Assembly (NCBI GenBank): GCA_963663965.2
Contig: CAXXFK010000010.1
Coordinates: forward strand, 1-64,000
Direction: 5' to 3'
DNA length: 64,000 nt
Source of the DNA: Sedimentisphaerales bacterium
Lineage (GTDB): Bacteria > Planctomycetota > Phycisphaerae > Sedimentisphaerales > SM23-30
In this document: piece by piece, positions 58,916-64,000 of the stretch
Position numbering within the stretch: the stretch's first letter is position 1
How the letters are laid out: every line of letters starts with the position of its first letter
Made by a program: the position numbers and the translations under genes
Notes under the pieces: model-generated
The model's input: the letters and a program-made list of their open reading frames with translations, nothing else
Databases searched by the model: none
What the model was told of the DNA's origin: nothing

Positions 58916-61828
58916 TTAATCAGCGCCATCTAACCAGTTGGTCCCCAGCACATTCAAATCCAACAGATTGATCAATCCGGGATTATCCGGATCGATATCG
59001 CAGGCGGGAATAAACTCGGGGTCCCCTTCTGCCGCCAGCCAGGCCGCCGAAAAGATTGCCAGATCACTGATATCGACATCCCCATCCGGTTCGACATCGC
59101 CCGGTAGCGGCCGGGCATAAGCTGTCAACTCCGGAATAAACAGAAAATCGGAACTGGTGTAGGAGGTGTTGTGCACCTGAACCGCCAGAACATTTTCACC
59201 CGGCGCTAAACGTTCGATAAACCACGAAAGATCAATCCGATCGGCCGTGCAACTGCCGCCGCAGCATCCTTCATGATTACCGGTACTTGCCGGTTCATCA
59301 TAGCTGGGCGGATCGGGGGCATAACGGCTGTTAACGACCTCTCCATTGATATAGGCAATATAGCCATCATCCCAGTTCATACTCAATATCAATTCGCTGA
59401 GCTGATCGGGGCGACCCACCCGGAATAGCTTTCGTGCGTAAACACTGAGATACTTCCCCTTCATATCCGTTAAGTTGGTAGCAATACAGGACTCATATCC
59501 GCTATCGGTTTCATAGCCAAAACCCGATGGCCCTGATAGCCAGTTGCTATCCGGTTCAAAATTCAATTCGTTCCAGTCTGATGGAGGTTCACTGACTCCT
59601 TTGAAATACCGCCAGTCATCGCCCTCAACCACCAGATCTTTCTGGATAATATAAGGTTTCTGATAAATAATCCGGCTGTAACCGGTTAATTCCGCGTTGG
59701 TCGGTTCCGTCAGGACGATGCGTACCTGACGCAGATTTTCATCCTCCGGCCTGGCAAATTCAATATTTTGAACTGTCTGGCCGGGAATAAAATTCAATAG
59801 TCCTCTCGTTAGCAGGCTGGCATCGGCATAGATGGCATAGTTCACCGCAACCGGAACTGTCGTGAACGTACTGAGCCTGACCGGCACGGTATTGACTTCA
59901 GACAACCCTGCCAGATCGATTTCATTATTCCCAACAGCGATCCCCACGCCAACCAGGGTTCCCGCGGTATTTTTAAATGACGTGAGTAAAGCCGCCTGAT
60001 CAGGATGAGCGATCGGGGCCCATACCATATTATTGGGGAAATTTTCATCGGCTCGAGTCAGATAATTATTTTGAATCTCCATCTGGCTCAAATGAAGTTG
60101 CCAGTTGTCCCACGCCCGCCCCCAGACATCACGATAATTAAACAGCAAAAGGGAGTTCTGGACATCCAGAAAACCATCAAATGATCGCGCGTAATTATCG
60201 CCAAATCGCGCTCCCACCAGGTTGGCCGTAAAAAAGCAGTTATCCGCGTCAATAAAGGGATCATCATAACCACACTCGATCGCCTGTCCGCAATTCATGG
60301 CAACGGTATCGGTTACCGTGGCGTAACGGGGCCCCGATGACCAGGCCATCGCTTCATGATAACAGGACTCAAACCAGCAGTTATCGACGATAACCGCGCC
60401 TTCCGCACCCTGGCCGGCATCAATGCCATCATCCAACGTCCAGCCGATCAGGCATCCGGTAAAAGTATGTGGCCCGCCGTTTAGATAAAACGCGTCATTA
60501 TCGCCATCGACAAAACCGGCCGTGGCAGATGGAAATTCAATAAACTCACAATTCGTCGCGGTCAGTTGTCCCCCGTTGTACTGGCCGCAGGTCACCATTT
60601 TTTGTACCAGACAGTCTGACAGGGTCAGCCGGGCGTTCTCTCCGTGTGCCAACTGGCCGGGAGTCTCCAACACATAACAATCCGTCAGTTCGAGTTCAAC
60701 ATTCTGCCCCAGGTAAAACAGGCACTGCTCATGCCGGTGACTGCTGCCCCGGCCAGAATTATTGTCAAACCAGCTGGAATCGGCGCCCGATGCCGTGAAA
60801 AAAGTTCCCGTAAAATCGCCCTGACTGCCGCTTTCAAAAACAAAGCCGCCCCAGGGCTCGCTACGGTCAGGCGCTGTGAAAACCACCGGATCCGCCAGGG
60901 TTCCATTCACAACAATTTTACCCCAAACCATTATTTCCAGGTCCGGATCCACGGTCACAACACTGCCGGCGCCCATCGTCAATGTCACTCCGGAGGCAAC
61001 CGATAATTGACCGGTAATATGAATGCGCGCCTTTTCGCCCCAGTTGCTATCCGTATTGATGGCGCCTGATACGGTTTGCCAGTGGGTCTCGGACTCAATA
61101 GCTATCGTCTTGGGAGCCGTTAGAGGCCCGCAGGAGGGCTGATAGTCAATACTGCCCGACTGAGTCGCCGCCGGCAAAAAACCACTGCCAGACCCTCGAA
61201 ACAACTGGATGTCACTACCAGAGAAATTTTCCGCTGTTAATATCCCATTGACCGCCAGACGCTGATCGACGCTGTCTTTGACCCGGGCCGCCACCGGGAT
61301 TTCCAGACCCGCCGGATAAACAGAAGGCGCCACCAATTGCAGGTGTCCATCCGCATACTCCTGACTGGCGGAATGGACCAGCGGTAGCGGTGTCCAGACC
61401 GGAAGCCCCCATTCCGTATCGAAACGCTCGGAAGCCTTGATAATAAATTGAACCAAAAGCACTTCTTGATCCCCGGTCGAAATCGGTTCCCGCTGGACCA
61501 GCAATTCATGATAATCCGGCGTATTTACGGTGACTGCGAAACCCACTGCAACAGGAATACCGTCAAGTAGCGCGGAATATTGATAACCGGATTCCGTATT
61601 GACCGTAAAGGTCACACTATTGGTATAGATCTGTTTGGTTGCCAGACCACTGACACTGATCTGCCCCATACTCAGTGAGCTGTTAATCATCGCGACCAAT
61701 AAAGCCAGATAAAACCATTTCCCGGTAATATCGGACCAACCTGTGAATCGAACCGATCGGTTTGTCTGGCGATTTTGCGATTTAATTGAAACCTGTTTTG
61801 GATATTGAAATGCTTTATGATCCATCAC
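58916..61828 (-). CDS. Large secreted protein: right-handed beta-helix, Calx-beta-like region, jelly-roll module and C-terminal dockerin-like pair
   Basis: Hydrophobic signal-like segment; GTLADPVVFT...WGG; DDGIDAG; WRYFKG...GFGY...DDGYIAYING...NVLAVQVHN; GDVEPDGDVDISDL...CDIDPDNPGLINLLDL. Confidence 0.75.
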   Translation of the reverse strand: MMDHKAFQYPKQVSIKSQNRQTNRSVRFTGWSDITGKWFYLALLVAMINSSLSMGQISVSGLATKQIYTNSVTFTVNTESGYQYSALLDGIPVAVGFAVTVNTPDYHELLVQREPISTGDQEVLLVQFIIKASERFDTEWGLPVWTPLPLVHSASQEYADGHLQLVAPSVYPAGLEIPVAARVKDSVDQRLAVNGILTAENFSGSDIQLFRGSGSGFLPAATQSGSIDYQPSCGPLTAPKTIAIESETHWQTVSGAINTDSNWGEKARIHITGQLSVASGVTLTMGAGSVVTVDPDLEIMVWGKIVVNGTLADPVVFTAPDRSEPWGGFVFESGSQGDFTGTFFTASGADSSWFDNNSGRGSSHRHEQCLFYLGQNVELELTDCYVLETPGQLAHGENARLTLSDCLVQKMVTCGQYNGGQLTATNCEFIEFPSATAGFVDGDNDAFYLNGGPHTFTGCLIGWTLDDGIDAGQGAEGAVIVDNCWFESCYHEAMAWSSGPRYATVTDTVAMNCGQAIECGYDDPFIDADNCFFTANLVGARFGDNYARSFDGFLDVQNSLLLFNYRDVWGRAWDNWQLHLSQMEIQNNYLTRADENFPNNMVWAPIAHPDQAALLTSFKNTAGTLVGVGIAVGNNEIDLAGLSEVNTVPVRLSTFTTVPVAVNYAIYADASLLTRGLLNFIPGQTVQNIEFARPEDENLRQVRIVLTEPTNAELTGYSRIIYQKPYIIQKDLVVEGDDWRYFKGVSEPPSDWNELNFEPDSNWLSGPSGFGYETDSGYESCIATNLTDMKGKYLSVYARKLFRVGRPDQLSELILSMNWDDGYIAYINGEVVNSRYAPDPPSYDEPASTGNHEGCCGGSCTADRIDLSWFIERLAPGENVLAVQVHNTSYTSSDFLFIPELTAYARPLPGDVEPDGDVDISDLAIFSAAWLAAEGDPEFIPACDIDPDNPGLINLLDLNVLGTNWLDGAD

Positions 61829-62078
61829 TTCTCCTGTTGCTATGAGATATCAGAGAAAAATCTCACTGACATAATCAATTAGTAAGCCAGTAAGATCAAG
61901 TTTACATTATAACCAACAACTTCCGAAAAATCAATCGATTGTCTGGCAAGCTTATCGGATTATCACTTTTATACATATCGTCATTTTACTACGTTAAGTT
62001 CTCATGACAGAAAATACTGGGTATTCTTTGAAAACGGAAACTCCAGACACCACAACTCTTTTTTTATCAATGATTTAA

Positions 62079-63440
62079 TTAATCCGTTTCTTTCCAGTAC
62101 AATACCTTAGGAATCTCTTCGCCCCGCCCCCGATCCACCACCGTTTCGATTTGATGGTTCTGATGACTGTTCCGGGCCTGGCCATAACTGCGGATACGAA
62201 AGACATAAGACCGAACGGTTACCCGTGGTATAATCTTTTTTATATCCGGAACCGTGATCCCCGGCACATCAAAAATTTCTCCGGTTTCAGAAAAACCCAG
62301 CGGCAATGCCTCCCGGTAATTGATCAGATTATCTACCAGGGCCTTATCCAGATCCAACGCCGCAATCAGAACTTCCCGTGGAGCCGTATTAATATTGATT
62401 CGGCCATAAACCTTTGATTCACTGGAAACCGTGATCCGGTCGGCCACCTGCCGGAATACCTCGATCGAGGGCGGGAAGATAACGATCTCCTGATCCAGAT
62501 TTCCTGTCCCGCTGTTTTCCGATAAAGAGATGACTTCGGCATCAAGCGCCGTCGGATTTTCACTGATCAGATCCGTGATCGCCTCAAAGGGACGATGATG
62601 AATGATCCAATGGGCATTTTCCGGTAAAAAGCCTAATTCACCGGTCAGTTGTCCATAATCGATTTCGTTGATGTTTAAGCGGGATTTCCCCTTGCCATCG
62701 ATTTCCAGATCATAAGAATAAATCGTCAGCCAATGCAGCAAACCATAATCCAGCTTTCCGTCTTGATCATCGTTCGGAAGTAACTGATCGCCATCATTTT
62801 CCGATGCGTCCAGCAAGCCGTTCAGATTCAGATCTTCTCCATAAAGAAACTCTGCCGAATAATTCGCCAGGGTCCCCAACTGACGCAACGTACTTAATTC
62901 GCCCAGTTGATTCATTCTGCGTTCGTTTCCTGGCGGCGTGGTTTCCAGCCAGTTCAGAAGCAGTTGTGCATCCGGACTGGTCATCTCAGGCAAGCGCGCG
63001 ACCTGCTCGGGCGTTGCCCAGAGCAGATTCAATCGGGACGCCTCATCCCCCGGACCATACCGCAAACTTTCATCGAACGAGGGCGACTCACTATACACCG
63101 TAAAGGTGCCGGTCGACAATTTCGCCTGCCGGAATATCGATGGATTGTCGTACCATAAATCATTCCTGCCATCCAGACTGCGGTCGTCGTCTTTCAAAAC
63201 CGAAATAGCATAGGCGATGCCGGCGCGGGCCAGCCAGCGGGCGCAGATGCGGTCCGCGTCAACCTGATGCGCAGTATTGGATCGGCGTGTCCCCATACTC
63301 AATCCCAGCACCAGTACGGTTAATGTCACCAGTATCCATAAAACCACAACCAATATCACCCCTTGACCGGCTCTAACGCGGCAATACATTGGGTTTTGAT
63401 ACTTTGCGATTGGATTCCGGTTAAGATTCAATCTTATCAC
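62079..63440 (-). CDS. gspK: Type II secretion minor pseudopilin GspK
   Basis: G|VILVVVLWILVTL, ARWLARAGI, DEASRLNL, RININTAPREVL (HhH) and an Asp-rich insert GEDLNLNGLLDASENDGD; true start may be near 63389. Confidence 0.88.
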   Translation of the reverse strand: MIRLNLNRNPIAKYQNPMYCRVRAGQGVILVVVLWILVTLTVLVLGLSMGTRRSNTAHQVDADRICARWLARAGIAYAISVLKDDDRSLDGRNDLWYDNPSIFRQAKLSTGTFTVYSESPSFDESLRYGPGDEASRLNLLWATPEQVARLPEMTSPDAQLLLNWLETTPPGNERRMNQLGELSTLRQLGTLANYSAEFLYGEDLNLNGLLDASENDGDQLLPNDDQDGKLDYGLLHWLTIYSYDLEIDGKGKSRLNINEIDYGQLTGELGFLPENAHWIIHHRPFEAITDLISENPTALDAEVISLSENSGTGNLDQEIVIFPPSIEVFRQVADRITVSSESKVYGRININTAPREVLIAALDLDKALVDNLINYREALPLGFSETGEIFDVPGITVPDIKKIIPRVTVRSYVFRIRSYGQARNSHQNHQIETVVDRGRGEEIPKVLYWKETD

Positions 63441-64000
63441 TCTCTATCGCTGGAATTGGTTCCAGGCTGAATTCGTGGCTGAAAGGCAGCTCGATTTTCC
63501 CCTCGCGATCGGTTAACACCATATTTAACCGGACCATTGATGGAATATTGATCTCGCTGTTCCATCCATGCTGCCAGGTCCGACCATCGTAAAATTCAAA
63601 CGCCAGCGCGATCACACCTTCGGCCAGTCGCGTCACGACTCCCCGGTCATTGCCATCGTCTGCTTTGGTCACAGGCGCCGCGCGGCGTCCCAGATAAACC
63701 TGATTTTCACTAACACCCACCAGTCCATATTCGATTTCAAAAAGGTCGCCACTGACATTATTCTGCTGGTTGATAACCGGATCATTGATCCGGTAGAACA
63801 AAAGCCGGTCCGCCGGTCGGTTGTTATACTGTACGGTCTCACAGACAATTTTCATCTGTTCCGGCTGGTTACTGCGATAGAATCCGGCCAGATCCTTTTG
63901 CATCTGGCGATAAATTGCCTGACCTCTCGCTTGCAAGTCAGAATAAATTTGCAATTCATCTCGAGATACTGTGACCGTCCTAAACGCCACCAGCGCCACC
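63421..64000 (-). CDS. gspJ: Type II secretion minor pseudopilin GspJ (5' end outside window)
   Basis: QMQKDL, EIEYGL, LAEGVIALAFEFYDGRTWQHGW...IPSMVRL; directly upstream of gspK. Confidence 0.82.
   Translation of the reverse strand, partial: VALVAFRTVTVSRDELQIYSDLQARGQAIYRQMQKDLAGFYRSNQPEQMKIVCETVQYNNRPADRLLFYRINDPVINQQNNVSGDLFEIEYGLVGVSENQVYLGRRAAPVTKADDGNDRGVVTRLAEGVIALAFEFYDGRTWQHGWNSEINIPSMVRLNMVLTDREGKIELPFSHEFSLEPIPAIESDKIES

Overview
Chromosomal segment of an anaerobic Planctomycetota bacterium, probably Phycisphaerae/Sedimentisphaerales-like. That placement is inferred from the PVC signature small basic protein, a planctomycete-type integrase and dockerin-like 'DLNGD..V...D' motifs. 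Contents from left to right: (1) the end of an IS66-family element inserted just after an orphan Rhs core remnant, plus a short MITE-like element; (2) a shikimate kinase-chorismate synthase fusion, an alphaCTD-alphaCTD-sigma70 region 4 protein, uxaE and tRNA-Leu; (3) rpmF-plsX-fabH-fabD-fabG-acpP-fabF; (4) a SPOR-like membrane protein, the PVC signature protein, an aminotransferase and a nitroreductase; (5) a ~13 kb minus-strand [FeFe]-hydrogenase locus with trimeric HydABC, a histidine-kinase-fused sensory hydrogenase, two receiver proteins and hydE-hydG-aspA-hydF, behind Rex-like boxes; (6) a type IV filament operon (MshEN-type ATPase, PilC/M/N/O, one major and four minor pilins) headed by a PAS kinase, a degenerate GGDEF protein and a STAS protein, divergent from a receiver and an HD-GYP protein, with three sigma28-like promoters; (7) cysE, tRNA-Glu and a dead integrase; (8) three large secreted dockerin-tagged proteins, including a ~2,900-aa CotH kinase/lamin-tail protein; and (9) gspK and a partial gspJ of a second T2SS-like cluster. 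At least seven single-base indels break genes, so assembly error has to be considered. All calls come from recognising motifs by eye; no database searches were run.
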